A DNA stretch of 64,000 bases. It comes from Callorhinchus milii. Its lineage: Eukaryota. The stretch covers positions 39,184,001 through 39,248,000 of the forward strand of contig NW_024704745.1 of NCBI RefSeq assembly GCF_018977255.1, in the 5' to 3' direction. Both the position numbers and the translations under genes were made by a program. Below are positions 23,976 through 37,717 of this stretch, one piece after another. A model generated the notes under the pieces. That model made no database searches. It saw only the letters and a program-made list of their open reading frames with translations, and was not told where the DNA came from. How positions within the stretch are numbered: the stretch's first letter is position 1; every line of letters begins with the position of its first letter.

Positions 23976-24489
23976 GTTTTGCAATAAAATGTAGTGACCT
24001 TGTATTTATAGGCTGCTCAGTAACCAATTTGCTCACAAATTGTGGAGAACGCAACAGAATAATGTTTGTCTGTCATCTTGACCTGGTAAATAGAAAATGT
24101 AACTTGCCCATTATTTACTAAACATAAGACATTTACTATTTTAACCTACATTGTTTATGGCAAGCTTGTAATCTTATTTGGTGGAGGCAAAGGAGAGAAG
24201 GGAAGCGGAAATTAGATGGTATATTGACCTGGACAGTGGCTTGTGCAAATTTCAGTGATGGCGCAGTGTTGGCAGAGTCTAAGCATCTTTTCAGCTTTTC
24301 ATAATCCAAGACCTTGGGAAAAGAATGGGAAATAGGGAAAATGCATATTAGCATTTGTGTTGGTCTCTCAGTATGCATCTGATGGTAAGGAAACAAAGGA
24401 TAAGGACATTTTATGGGTTGGAAAGTTAACTACAAATTTAAAATATAGATTGATAGTTTTTTCTTTGGTCAACTAGGATTCTGACTTAT

Positions 24490-24965
24490 GGAAAAACCCA
24501 TTGCCATGCTTAGGAGTGTCCAAGTTAGACTGAAAGATCCACATAGATGTGGTACCTGCACATAGCAATTTATCTGTGTCTAGAATGGAATGTACACACT
24601 TTCCCTGAAGGAACACATTCCTGCTTAACTAATTCTGGGAAATATATATACTGTAATAATCCTTGCATTTGATATAGTGCCTTATCATGTCTTTGAGACG
24701 TCTCAATGCTCTTCACAGAATATACTGTAAAGTGAATCGACTGTATATTTTGTGAGCGAAATGTGGCAACAACCTGCGCACAGCAGAGTCCCACAAACAG
24801 TCGTGGAATGAGTGACCAATTTATTATTAGTAGTTTTGTTTTTTTCAAGGCATTATTACCCCCGGAAAAGTAATTGGCACAGATTGGAAAGACCCAAGGC
24901 TTGGGGTCCCAGAATGTGCACTGGGATACTGCTGGATTCAAACCACTTGAAACTGCGTAGTTTAC
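24490..24965 (+). repeat. Unclassified repeat copy 2, split by a SINE
   Basis: The flanks at 24490-24650 and 24878-24965 join to match 17460-17712. Confidence 0.75.
24653..24878 (-). mobile_element. Young composite SINE, 5'-truncated (long type)
   Basis: TAATAATCCTTGCATTTGATATAG...ATTATTACCCCCGGAAAAG. Confidence 0.9.
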
Positions 24966-26561
24966 GATCCAGAGTGGTGTCTGGCAAGCTTCCCACTGTT
25001 TGTCCTGCCAATGAGTCAAGCTGGCTACGCTGTCATCAGCAGTGTCCTGAAGTACTGTGCACCGACTTGGCACAGGAACTACCAAGGTCACCACATATCA
25101 CCGTGGAGCCAGCTCAGCTCCAAAGAGATCCCCTCCCAAGAAGAAAATCAACAGTTGGTCATTCGACATCTACAGGCATATGACTTAGCCTGGAAGTCCA
25201 TTTTAGCTTAACATTTAAGATTACACGCAAAAAAAATCTACTGAAGTAGATTCAGAAAAACAGCTTCCAAATTCATGCTGAATGCAAGGTTTTTTTTACA
25301 TTTTTGCTCAATTTTAATATGTAATAAATGTTAATGATCCTTGCATTTGATTCAACACCTATAGGTTGAAATGTTTCAAAGGACTTCACAGAGTTTAGCA
25401 ATGAACTGTCTCATAGCATCTTATTTCAGCATTATAAAAAAGGTCAATTTTAGTAAATGTTAATATAGTAAATTTGCAACTTCAAACGTTTAAATTACCA
25501 GAAGACACATAGAAATCAAAGTGACATTTAATTTAATTCATTGTTAGCTCTTCATAAAATAAAATTGTTGATTGGATGTGTATTCTCAAGGTCATCACTC
25601 AGTTTGCTGAATACACTCTGAATGTGTTGCCAATGAACAAGTTGAGCAGCAGGCAAGCTGTTGATTCAGCTGGCAAATGACTGCAGTAGTATTTTAACAT
25701 GTTTGGGTTTGGTAATAATTGTTCAATCCGATAATTCATGCTGTGTCACATGGTGAGATTACCTCAGGTCAATTTAGTAGCAGTCCTATAATTTGATGTT
25801 AAACTAATATGTATCAAGGAACTCATGCAACGTAAACTTTAGTACTTTTAAAAAAAAACAACTGAACACAGCCGAACCTTAGAAAATCATAGGATTTTTC
25901 TTGTTTTTTTATTGCTTTTCCACTGTTGTTGCTGGACTGAGGAATAAAGTAAATAGAGGCAATTTACTCTTTAAAGGCAGTAGAGTATTAGTATTTTCAC
26001 TAATATGTTAAAATTAAATTGAATTTGAGTAGCTTGACTCTCACATCATGTTCACATTTCAAGGGTCACCATCCCATCCTAAGAAAAAGTACATGCCAAA
26101 GCCTTCTTTTTTCTCTTTGTTAACACTGAATACAGTGACACAATTAATGTGGAAACATGTCACAGCGTAAATCGTTTGCAATGTTTTTGTGAGAAATATC
26201 CTCCTCACCAGGCATAAAGATGCTGGGGGTGAATATTGCAATGTTTCAATGATATTATAAACAAGACAGAAGCTATCCTCCATGGCTTCTGCCAATGTGT
26301 TCTCTCTTCTGGCTCTGACCTCATCAACCTCCTGTGATGGATCTCACCCCTAAATGTATACCTGTGTGATGACAAAGCGCACAATGTACTAGGTGGCCTC
26401 TGTGTAGATCCCTCTGTGTCATGCAAGTTCCCTCTCTGAGTGAAACTCCACTAAATGAGAATTAACACAACAACACGTAATCCCAATGCCGTATAGTGCA
26501 ACGATGGGATGCTTCAATCAGTGTCCTTCGAATTACCAGGCAGCTGACTTCCGCAGTAACC

Positions 26562-27010
26562 TGTTTGTATCTTTCCCTCCCTCCTTGAATTTAACAGAGA
26601 TTCAAGACGCACTGTATAGAAAACTCAATGTTGCTTTATTGGTCCTTAAAACCCTACGCCTCACACTGCCCATAACAAGATAAACGGTAGCAACGTTAAG
26701 AAGTAGAAAAGCCCTAACACTATAACTATGACACAGCAGTTTTACCCAAAGTTAGGCGACAAAGATAAAGCAATTTTGACCTGGAGAGAAGGCTCTCAGG
26801 TCAGACACGCACCTCCTTGATGACACTAAAGGCAAAGGGCCACCCCGAGTTTAACAAACACCCTCCTTTTATGTTTTTCTAACTCCTCCCCTTTCCAATG
26901 CATCATTTAATACCTTTTCCCTCCATTTCCAGTCTGCTCTCCTTCCAATGTATCACTTGTTTCCATCTCCAGGACCCACTTGACCCTTTCCTGCCTTTTC
27001 TGTTGCAACA
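26562..27010 (-). mobile_element. Possible solo LTR
   Basis: TG...ACA termini, minus-strand AATAAA at ~26635, TATA-like box at ~26867, CpGs retained; no clean TSD. Confidence 0.3.
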
Positions 27011-27094
27011 CTCAACCAGGTCAGACTCTATGTACACAGATTATCTACAGCAAATATCATTGGAAAGAGGTAGAGGATTAATTAAAACAAGGTG

Positions 27095-27570
27095 ACCGTG
27101 ACACTCCCAGGATCTCTCTCAAAGTTACCGAATCAATGCACAACCAGTCTGGATCAATCCTCAGCTCTCTGTTCTCCCTCACATCCGGTCCTAATAAGGA
27201 CTGTTTTTCTTCAATTTTGCCACATCGCCCAACTCCAACCCCATCTCAAACCAAATGCCGCCAAAACCCTTATCCACCTCTATGTTACTTCCCACTTGGA
27301 CTTTTCAAATATGTTCTTCGTTGGTCTCCCTAGCTGCACAGTCCATAAACTTAAATTTATCCGAAGCTCCACTACCCACAATCTCAGCTGTTCCAAAAGC
27401 TGCACATCCATCACCCCAGCCTGTGGAAGGATCCACTGTCCCGCAATTAATCAATTTCAAGGACCTATAAATTCCTTCACATCCTTGTATTTCCCTATGA
27501 TTCCCTCCTATACCACTCCTCTATTCCCGACAATTTGACTAACTCAGGCTGCTGCACGTTCCCTGCCTTC
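27095..27570 (+). mobile_element. Old L2 ORF2 C-terminal fragment
   Basis: HIAQLQPHLKPNAAKTLIHLYVTSHLDFSN..GLP..KLKFI. Confidence 0.8.
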
Positions 27571-28027
27571 CCCATGAACTCTCAGATTGTATGTCCCTAA
27601 TGTATCATTATATCAGAGACCCATAATGAAGACTAGATGTGTCAGTGCATTTAGGGAAAGGAGTGAATTGATTTTATATAATTGATCATTTCTGTGGGTG
27701 ATTATACATGAATTTACTAAAGTAGTTTGAAATGAATCATGCATCGTTTTATTATGAACCTTTTTCAATTAATCAGAAGTTCAGAAATAAAACTGAGGTC
27801 TTGTGCTCATCAAAATGTGTGAATGCAGTCAGAAGCTAATGGTCTTCCCTGCCTCACTCAGTGAGATGGTACATGATCTCGAAGGAAAGGAAGAATTTAT
27901 ATCTATTGATTTTCTCCATCCATTCAATCCTTGAACTCTGTGATGCAAAAGCAGAATGAAACTTTTTTTTGTCTTGATTTGAATTTGTTTTTCAGCACAG
28001 AGGTTTATATCTGAAATATAATAATAA

Positions 28028-28443
28028 ATAATAATCCTTACATTTGGTATAGCATGTTTTCAAGTCAGGAGAATGTCACTAAGCACTTCACGAGATATAC
28101 TGGATGTGACTGGGTGTATTTTGTGGGCAACCGCAGCAATCAATTATGCACAGCAATGATGTGAATGACCAATTTTATTTCATTAGATTGTTGGCTAAGA
28201 AACTCTCTTCTCTTTCGAATAGTGCCATGAGATCTTTAACATCCACCTAGTCAGGCAGACGTTTAACTCAGTTTAACGTGCCATTGGAATGACGACATGC
28301 CTAATAATGCAGTATACCCCAGCACTGATTTACAATGTCAGTTGCAAGTTGCACTATATGAGTCCCAAGTCCCGTCGCTTAAATTAAATCCACAACCTTC
28401 TGAATCAGAGGCGAGGGTGCTACCAACTGAGTCAGCCTGACAC
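28028..28443 (-). mobile_element. Old DeuSINE, near full length
   Basis: Tail at 28028, AATAGTGCCATGAGATCTTTAACATCCACC, and tRNA head CCACAACCTTCTGAATCAGAGGCGAGGGTGCTACCAACTGAGTCA. Confidence 0.88.
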
Positions 28444-28519
28444 ACAGCGTACTTTGATAGGATGAAAATAAAAAAAATTCCTCGGTTTGATACAGGATTT
28501 TTGCTGATCTCTCCCAAAG

Positions 28520-28760
28520 CTCTTCGTAGGAATTTACTGTATAGTGCAAGGCCTCTATTTTGTAGCTGAATATTGTAGCCAATTTGCACACTGTGATGGC
28601 CCACAACAGCAATGAAGTGAAAGATAAATTGTATCTTGAAGATTGTTGGCTCTGAGAGAGACTTTCTTCTCTTTTCAAATAGTGCCACCGGACTTCTTTG
28701 TAACTTTAACATCCACCAGAAAGGTAGGTGGCATCTCAGTTTAAAGTCTAATCCAAAAGA
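28520..28760 (-). mobile_element. Old DeuSINE, partial
   Basis: GTAGCCAATTTGCACAC...TCAAATAGTGCCAC...TTTAACATCCACC. Confidence 0.75.
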
Positions 28761-29218
28761 ACTCAAAACATTCTTGCAACACTTTTTCTGATTGTTTCAG
28801 GATTTGAAGAAATATTTTACTCTATGAAGATTCAAAATCCAATAGTTATATTGTATCAGCTTTAATGTTTGGATAATTCAGAAGTGGTATAGTATACAGA
28901 GCAACAAAAAAAGTTGACCTCTACTGAGCCTGATTTAAATATCTTTCCCACTTATGTTTCTCCCACTTCACATTGGTTAATGAGTTCTTTTATGCAATTC
29001 TTGGAAACTGGTCTTGATGTGTTCACTGTAGTTTCCATTGTTTTGAAATTTATCGCACATCCCAAGTCCCTAAAGTCCATTCATCAATCGCCAAAACAGA
29101 AAGCAGAACACAACGCAGAAGAGAAACTGATGTTAAAGGTATCCAAAAATCCTTAGATATTACTGTTTAACATCCAGAAATGGAAACGTTGGGATTAGCA
29201 CTGTGAATCAATTTATAA

Positions 29219-29294
29219 AATAATAATAATCCTTGCATTTGATACAGCGCATTATTACATCTTCAAGATGTCTCAAAGCACTTTACAGAATATA
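29219..29294 (-). mobile_element. SINE tail fragment
   Basis: AATAATAATCCTTGCATTTGATACAGCGC...CTCAAAGCACTTTACAGAATAT. Confidence 0.8.
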
Positions 29295-30484
29295 TTAATT
29301 TCTTAATTAACAGTATCCAATTGAATAAATTTACAGTGTTTCAACTCAGAGCAAAATGCATAATATACGTCCAGTTACTTGCAAGAATCCCAACTAAGAT
29401 TTCTTAATAAAAAATCTATTAAGAAATACAGCAAAATGTATCCCATTAAAATTAATGGGGGTGTTGTCATTATGAAAAAATGTTTGACAAACTTGTCTAT
29501 TGTTTTGTAGAAAGAAGGGTTCTTGTTATTTTCATCATTATGATACAAGTGATTACCAACTCAAGGCATTTTCATGAGACATGTGTCACCACTTTGTGTT
29601 TGTGGGCAATAAAAAAATTTCCAACAATTTTTTCAATTGGGCAGTGACTCTTTAAAATGTATTGTGAACAGTATTTAGAATCATGTCTTTATCAGAGCAG
29701 TCCAGTTCTTCTTAAACTTGATCAGTTTAGGTACACATATGCCATTCATAAGTACTAGCTTTGGAAGATTAAAATCTTTGTTCTTAAAATAAAAAAACCA
29801 CTAGCTCATCTTGAGCAATATCAATAAAAGTGAAAATACTGCAAAAAGGAAAATAAGTGATAGAGTTGTGTTAATCATGCACCATTTTCCATTTAATAGT
29901 AAATCTAAGAAGGAATTTATATTGCTTATCAGTCAGCAATAAAACATTTCGATTGAAACATTAAAGAAAATTGCCAGGATTAATAACTTCAATGTACTCA
30001 AGCTTCAAGACTGCATGAAATGACCATTTGTACAATATCAGTATCCAGTGTGGCCAGACAACTTGATAGGATTCATAAATTGATTTTTATCACCAACCAA
30101 TATTATATCAACCATTTGTTCCCATTCCCAATAGTTTCAAATTAAACATCATAGTAAATGTAATCAACTTCCATTGATTCAGGATAGCAAAAGCAGCCAA
30201 TGTTCATATTCATATCCCAGTTCAGCGCCTTCTACTGGTTATATGTACATGTGGCAGCCAGGTGGGGAGAAGTCAAGTTTGGCTATATTGCTCTCCATAT
30301 TTGAATGGATGTTGATACTCACTGCCAACATGCAGAATGCCCCACCTACATGCTCACACATGAGTAATAGGCAGTGGTAGGGATACAGTAATTACTGCAA
30401 TGTTTTCTTCTACTTTGGCTATTTGGAGATATTAATTTTATTCATGAATTAACTCGATCTTGATATTGTTAGTGTATGATTTTC

Positions 30485-33408
30485 CTAATTTACTGCCCCC
30501 CCAAATCCTCCCCCACCTTCATCTCTGAAATCTCCACCCTTCTAGCTTCGCTCTGCCTCTGCTCCGACCGCCTCATCATCCTAGACGACTTCAACCTCCA
30601 CTTCATCCCCTCTTGCTCCACCTCCTCAGACTTCTCCTCTCTCCTCTCCTTTCTCAACCTCTCCCTCCACATCCACTCTGCTACCCATGTTCACGGCCAC
30701 CTGCTTGACCTGGTGATCACCCAGGGCCTCTCGGATGTCACCATAATAATAATAATCCTTGCATTTGATATAGCGCTTTTCACATCTTCCAGATATCTCA
30801 AAGTGCTTCATCGAATATGCTGTAAAGTGAATTGACTGTATATTTGTGGGCGAAACGCAGCAGCCAATTATGCACAGCAATGACCCACAAACAGTCGTGG
30901 ATTGAAAATGACCAATTTATTATTGTTTTTGATTTTTTGGAGGGATGATTATTAGGCGTGTGGAGTAAGGAAACTTGCCCAAGTTTTTGCCCTGCCTGGA
31001 ATTGAACCCAGATGACTCGCTTGCAGGGTGAGTGCTCTAACCACTAAGCTACAGGATTCCACGGTGACCATCACCGACAAGGTCATATCTGACCACCATT
31101 TCATCTCCCTCAACTCCTATATCCCTCTCCCCACTGCCTCCAAACTTACCACTATCTCCTACCACCTGTGGAAGAAGATCTCCACGCAATCCCTCTCCGC
31201 TGCCCTGGAGTCCTGTGAACTCCTCCCCCTCTGGCCCACCTCCCGCACCAACATATCCTGTGCGTTTGCTCTCCTCCACGGCACCCTCTCCACCACACTC
31301 GACGCCCTTGCCCCCTCACCTCCCAAACTGCTTCTTATTCCCGATCCTCACCCTGGTTCACCAGCCACCTCCGCTCGCTCAAGGGCCAGGAGCGGGCTTG
31401 GCTCAAATCTGGCCTAACGGTCCACCGGCACATCTACCTGGACCACATCAAAACCTACCTCTCCGCTCTCACCACAGTCAATTCATCCTTCTATTCCAAG
31501 TTAATCCTGGAGGCGAAAGGCAACCCCAGACTCCTGTTCTCCACCACCAACCGGCTCCTCTGCCCTCCCCGCCACGCCTCACAGATTCTTTCCTCCGACT
31601 CCCACTGTGAGGAAATGCTGGACTTCCTTGAGTCCAAAATCGAGGGAATCCGCTCAGCTGCCACTGCCCTCCCAACTTCCACCCCCTCCCTAACCCCCTA
31701 CACTCCGACCATTACCCATCCCTCCTTCCACACCTTTGAACCTGTCACCCACTCCTCTATCATTACCACCATATCCTTCATGAAGTCCACCACCTTCTCC
31801 CTGGACCCCAACCCAACCCCTCTCCTTAAATCCCAGCTCCACCTCCTTGCCCCACTACTCGCCGACATCATTAACCACATCCTGTCATCTGGCACTGTTC
31901 CTACCCCCCCTCAAAACAGCCACTATCACCCCCACCCTAAAGAAATCTTTCCTTAACCATCACAGCTATCCAGCTACCAGCCCATCTCTAATCTCCCTTT
32001 TCTGTCCAAGGTCCTTGAGAGAGTCGTTGCCTCCCAGCTTCGCTCTTTCCTCTCCTCCCACTCCCACAATGAGCCCCTCCAATCGGCCTACGTCACGGAA
32101 ACTGCTCTGGTCAAGGTCACAAATGACATCCTGACTATATGTGACCAGGGCACCCTCTGACTTCTCGCCCTCCTCGACCTCTCCGCCGCTTTCGACACTG
32201 TGAACCATTCAATCCTCCTCCACTGCCTCTCCTCCCACCTCAACCTTCAAGGTTCAGTCCTTGACTAGTTCAGGTCCTACTTCTCACACTACCTCCACTT
32301 CATCTCAGTAAATGGCTTCTCCTCCAGCCCCTGCTCCATCTCGTGTGGCGTTCCTCAGGGCTCTGTCCTTGGGCCCCTTCTCTTCACCCTCTACAGCTCC
32401 CCTTGGTGACATCATCCGAAGACATGGGGTAAATTTCCACATATATGCGGATGACACCCAACTCTATCTCTCTGCCTCCACCCTAAACTCCAGGACTACT
32501 GGCATCCTGACTGACTGCCTGTCCAACATCAAGTCCTGGACTAGGGACAACTTTCTCCAGCTGAACATCAGCAAGACTGAGGCCCTCTTGATTGGCTCCC
32601 GCCAGCGCCTCCGCACCTCAGGCGCTGGCAGCATCAGCATCCACGGCTGCAACTCAACCTCACTAAGCCAGTCAGGAACCTGGCTGTCCTGTTTGACTAT
32701 GAACTATCCTTTCTCCCCCACATGACCGGCACTGCCTACCATTTCCTCCGCAACATTGTCAGAGACTCCGCCACAGCCTCACCCCTCAGACTGCCGAAAC
32801 CCTGACCCACACATTCATCACATCAAGGCTCAAATATGGAAATTCCCTCCTCATCTGCCTTCCCAACTCTTCCCTTCGCAAGCTGCAGATCATCCAAAAC
32901 TCTGCAGCTCATGTACTCTCATGAACCAGACTCCGTGACCTCATCACTCCCACCCTTGCCCGACTCCACTTGCTCCCCATCCCTCAGAGGATCGAGTTCA
33001 AGATCTTCGTCCTCACTTTCAAGGTTATCCATGGCCTTGCCCCCTCTTACCTCTCTGACCTGCTGTCTTCCTACCAATCATCCGTTCAGTGGGCTCCAGC
33101 CTGCTCCATGTCTTCCGCCCGAACCGCCCTACCATTGGTTGCTGAGCTTTCAGCCTCTCTGCCCCCACACTCTGGAGCTCCATCCCACAGTCCTTTCATC
33201 TCGCTTCCTCCCTTGCCTCCTTCAAGGCCAGTCTCAAAACTCTTCTCTTCGATCGTATCTTTGTTCTTCCTCCCACCTCTCTGTCATCCCTCACCCCTGC
33301 CCCACCCCTCCCCCATGCTTGCGTCCTGACCCCTGACTGTACAGTGCCTTGGGATGTCTTCCCGACGTGAAAGGCGCTATATAAATGTAATTTTTTTCTT
33401 GTTGTAAT
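30485..33408 (+). mobile_element. L2 LINE with most of ORF2 (APE endonuclease C-half and RT), inactivated
   Basis: IYCPP, DDFNLH, THVHGHLLDLVIT, SDHH, then RT motifs to YADDTQLY; many frameshifts; TSD TGTATGATT at 30473-30481 and 33409-33417. Confidence 0.97.
30743..31060 (-). mobile_element. Young composite tRNA SINE, short subfamily, nested in the L2 endonuclease region
   Basis: Full copy lying between the L2 codons for ...LSDVT and VTITDKVISDHH. Confidence 0.95.
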
Positions 33409-34559
33409 TGTATGATTCTCTGCTCCTTGATAAATTTACCAATTTTGGTAATCTATGCTTATAATGGAAACATTTAATTATAGGTGCACATAATAATTAG
33501 CAAAGTTGGCAAACTTATTGGAAATGCAGAATTCCCTACCCTGACCACCCAATCCAATAATGGACTTCTAAAACTAGGCACACAAATCTGAATGGGATCC
33601 TGGGTCTAGATATTGAGATCTATCAGTGTTCCCAACCATCTATATTTTGCATTAGATATCCATAAACATATCATTAGCAGATTTTTGGAGTAAATGGATA
33701 GTTACCAGTTGCAGAACTTAAGATAAGTAAAATGAATATTTGAAGTTCTTTAATGTCAATTATAGGAACTAAATATAGTGCATGTGTGTGATATCCAGTA
33801 CTCACCTCTTCGTATTAAAGTATTCAGAAAGTGAAGACACACTAAAATCTAGTGAATTGCTTTTCAAATAGAGCAAAATCCTGAAAAATTCAGATCTGGC
33901 TTATCCATTAATTTTGTTTACTTGCGATAAACATTTATTGATTGACTGTGAACATTGGTGTAAATTCTTGGGCAATTTCCTGAATAATTGGTTAGGCAAC
34001 CATTATATTTAATATATTCAAGGACAATAAAATATAGCCGTCCCTAGATATTTTGTTCATGATAAATTACTTTAATTGGGTAAATGGGTATATCTAAAGT
34101 ACATCTTTTATCATCGCTCTTTTGTTTCAAATGATTGTCCTTTCAATTGATTTTTACATTAAATTCTCACAGCTGAAATAGGATTTGTTTCATACAGTTT
34201 ACTCTTGATACCTGGTTATGATCCCTCATTGTGGCATTTATGGAAGAAATTTCCCATTTCCTGGTAATGGAAGCATATGTGATATTTTGTGCTAATTTTT
34301 CGATGTACCTGGTCCTCAGATTGTATTGAGCTTCACAAGCTGAATGATTTCATCACAAAAAACGGAAATGTACAGTATTGGGAACAGCAGCCAGCTCTTT
34401 AACTTTAAAAATGATAGCTTATTATGATTATTATGATTGAAAGTTCATTTTCAGAAGTGATTGAGATGTTATTCACTAACAAAGCTCAATTTCAGATTCA
34501 ATTCTGGATTCACCTCAATGTCACCCACTGTATTGCCAGAGAATGCTTTCAATGGCAAG

Positions 34560-34815
34560 ATGTGCAGTTTTAGTTGGTTAAGCTCCAACAGTTTCCCAAT
34601 GCAAACCATGTGATCCCCAAGCATTGGTTCTTGCTAGCATGTGTCTAATACTCTCCGATATTAATTAAGCAGGATGTATCCCTCCAGGGAGAAAGTGTGC
34701 ATTCCATTCCAGACACAAAAAATTCCATGTGTAGATGGAATGCAAGGAAATCTCAGGGATGTAAGGAAGTCTAAGTTTGGTTTGGATACTCATAAGCATG
34801 GTGATGGGCTTCTGG
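34560..34815 (-). repeat. Unclassified repeat copy 3
   Basis: TAAGCAGGATGTATCCCTCC..GTGTGCATTCCATTCC..TTTGGATACTCATAAGCATGGTGATGGG is the reverse complement of the copy 1 blocks. Confidence 0.8.
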
Positions 34816-34982
34816 GTAGCAGACACCCAGCTGGCCAAAAAAAAGCAAGAAAGACCCTAAATAATCATCTCTCAGCTTTGTAAATGAATGATTTATTTAA
34901 AACAAACGTATATATCATTGTATCAGAAGAATATTGTATCCTTTTCGACATCGGTGTCAGTATATATGTCATCAGTAGCTGT

Positions 34983-35360
34983 GTAGTCCTGTAGCCCAGT
35001 GGTTAGAGCTCTCGCCTTGCGAGCGATAGGCCTGGGTTCAATTCCTGGCAGGACGAAATATTGGGCAAGTTTCCTTATTCCACATGCTCCCTCTTACTTA
35101 GTAGTGAGTAGGAACCTGGTTGTTAGTTAATTGGCAGTTCGCTTTTCTGGGGTAATAATTCCTTCAAAAATTAAAAAATAAATATTTGGTCACTTCAATC
35201 CACGGCTGTTTGTGAGCCCTGATGTGAGCAATTGGCTGCCACGTTTCGCCCACAAAATATACGTTCAATTCACTTTACAGTATGTTCTGTTATTCTGTGA
35301 AGAGGTTTGAGACGTCTCGAAAAGGTGATAAGGTGCTGTATCAAATGCAAGGATTATTAT
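34983..35360 (+). mobile_element. Young composite tRNA SINE, long subfamily
   Basis: GTCCTGTAGCCCAGTGGTTAGAGC...GGGTTCAATTCC, long CORE-like block, tail. Confidence 0.95.
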
Positions 35361-36391
35361 AATATATATATATCAGTAAACATGTGTTTGTCATCGCAAG
35401 CCATAGAAATTGTCTGTTATCAATGTGATAATGACATTATTCATGCAGGATATGCAGGTGAAGTATCCTTGAATTATTCATTCAAGGATACTTCACCTAT
35501 TTCACACATATGATTTGCCTATAAAATCCCAAGATGATTTTTAAAAATCGTATCCTCAACAAAAAGTGTTAATTTTGGGTATTAGAGGACAGATCTAGAC
35601 TTTGTATTTTATTGTAATTATATAATTTTGTAGTTCAGTTTAAACTGGCCATTAGATTTCTGTATAGGACAAAGAAGAATTATTTGTTTTTTTAAATTTA
35701 TATAGCATTAAACCAACGATAAATCAATGAGATTTGGTTTGCTCAAAGCTCCAGTATTTGAGTTAAATTCTCAATTTTATTGTTTTTCTGCAATAAAGAC
35801 ATCAGTTTGAATAATATGTATGACACAAACTGTTCTTTTATTTAAGTGCATGTATCTCGTCTTCCTGTTTGGATTCTCATATTACTGCAGGCCATTAAAT
35901 GTTACTTTAGTTTCCTTAAGCGTTTTTTCGAATTTCTGTTGCCAATTAGGCATGGCAGTATTAGCATATAACTGCAAGTTCCTTAATGGAACAATCTCCT
36001 GCAGCAATAAAGACCATTCTTTAGTAGACTGAAGTGTTCCTTTGTAGGATATAGCTTGTTTTTAGCACACGTTTTTTCACCATTTACAACCCAAGGTCAT
36101 TCAGAGGGCAGCTGGCCTGAACTTTACCTTCACTCTTGGGTAACCTCAAACCATCAACTTCTGTTATCATCAAGATGCAAAAATGTCTACCATAAATAGA
36201 GAAAATAAACATTTCTGATTTGGGAAGGGAAGAGGAAGAACTGTTTGAATTATTAGCGTGGATTAAGATAGGATTGCTGCAATGTCAGTTAGTCTATGTA
36301 TTCTATCAAATAGTGTACATATAGAACTTTTGAAGGCTTAGGTCAGAAGAGTTAATTTTCTCTGGTTTACCTTTTTTTTCTTTTGGTCATA

Positions 36392-36558
36392 CACTGAGAC
36401 TCTGATAACTCGTCACCCCAAGGGTAATAGCTCAAATGATTACTTGTCAAAGTTGACCAGTTTTGCAAAGTACAGTATCTCAAAAGTACAAAGTACTCGA
36501 ATAGCCAGGATATTGAGTAGCGACTAGTTATGTGGGGTGAGTTATCAGAGTTTCATCG
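36392..36558. mobile_element. pogo/Tigger-like MITE
   Basis: TA|CACTGAGACTCTGATAACTC..TCACCCCA ... TGGGGTGAGTTATCAGAGTTTCATCG|TA: ~28-bp terminal inverted repeats (TIRs), TA on both flanks. Confidence 0.8.
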
Positions 36559-36829
36559 TATTATTTTTGCCGTGAAGAGGTAGTCTGGATTTCAGAGCCT
36601 GCTAGCAACGTTATTTTGAGGGCACAACTTTTTGCTTAAAAAGTACCTAACATTCCAAACCAGGGCAGTTAAATAAATATGTCTTGACAAGGCTACAAAT
36701 ACAGAGCTGATTTTGAAAGATGTGTAGGTTGGCAGGAGAGCTTCCCTCGGCTGTCAAGGAAAGACATTAGGAAACAAATATCTCACCCCATAAACAAAGA
36801 ATTGTGTTCATTATTTTCCTGTACCTGTT

Positions 36830-37020
36830 GAAAACAATAATAAATTGGTCATTTTCAATCTACGACTGTTTGTGGGACATTGCTGTGCGCAATTGGCTGC
36901 CGCATTCACCCACAAATATATAGTCAATTCACTTTACAGTGTGTTCTGTGAAGCGCTTTGGGACATCCTCCCGACCTGAAAAGCGCTATATCAAATGCAA
37001 GGATTATTATTATTATTATT
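36830..37020 (+). mobile_element. Young composite SINE, 5'-truncated, CTCCC-loop tail
   Basis: Nearly identical to 53625-53819; long (ATT)n tail. Confidence 0.93.
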
Positions 37021-37094
37021 AAAGTAGAGATTGAGCTACTGGTGGCCTTGTGGCATCCATTGGCCCTTGAAGTATTGGTGACACTGTAGACTCA

Positions 37095-37275
37095 AGAAGA
37101 CTCTATGAACTCTGATCTAGATGGGCTGTTTAACTGTGGTTGCCATCATAGGGTTATTACTGGCACAAGAGAAACCAAGCCTAAAATGTTTGCTCTGAGA
37201 TGGGCAGGTCAATTGTATTACCCCCACCTTTGACCTTGCTAAAATTGGCAAACTCAGCAAAGACCAGGATTTTAC
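37095..37275 (-). mobile_element. Ancient tRNA-derived SINE relic (AmnSINE2-like)
   Basis: GCTAAAATTGGCAAACTCAGCAAAGACCAGGATTT resembles the reverse complement of 42741-42779; family name from recall only. Confidence 0.4.
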
Positions 37276-37717
37276 ACCAGATTTTCCTGCTATGTAACTT
37301 CAATAACCAATTCCAGATCTTGTCAAAAATTAGTGTAACTTGTTGTTGTTGTAAGCAAATTCCATTATCTATACTTTTCTCTACCTTGCTGCCAGTGATC
37401 ATGATCTAAAGCCTCATCATCACTCAGTGGTGTACTTAACAACCAAGTCAAGATCAGCAACAAAACCTTTTGAAAGACAAGTGTCAGTCATCGGCAGAGG
37501 CCGAAATACAGACACAGTTTTCCCAGCCCTTGGTAGAGTATGAGAAAGCACTGCATTAGGAATCCTGGGAGAATATTGCTAATTTAAAATGATTATTTCC
37601 ATAGGACATATTGCATTTTTTTTCAAATACAGTATCAAAACAAATTTAAATATTAATTTCCACATCTTGAAATAAGCCAACAAAATATTAATTGTGTTTC
37701 TGTAATTATAATAAATG

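Noticed and set aside
24229-24312. Minus-strand exon candidate VLDYEKLKRCLDSANTAPSLKFAQATVQ
   Set aside because: The acceptor is good but the donor is weak (GTCAAT), and I recognise no homologue. Not supportable without RNA data.
25011-25211. Peptide [10 protein letters not shown] resembling the LINE RT C-terminal LEYC.PVW motif
   Set aside because: It is a single short motif with no other LINE motifs in register.
30476-33336. Cluster of overlapping 60-170 aa ORFs
   Set aside because: These are frameshifted pieces and alternate frames of one dead L2 ORF2. Its C-rich composition lowers the stop-codon frequency.
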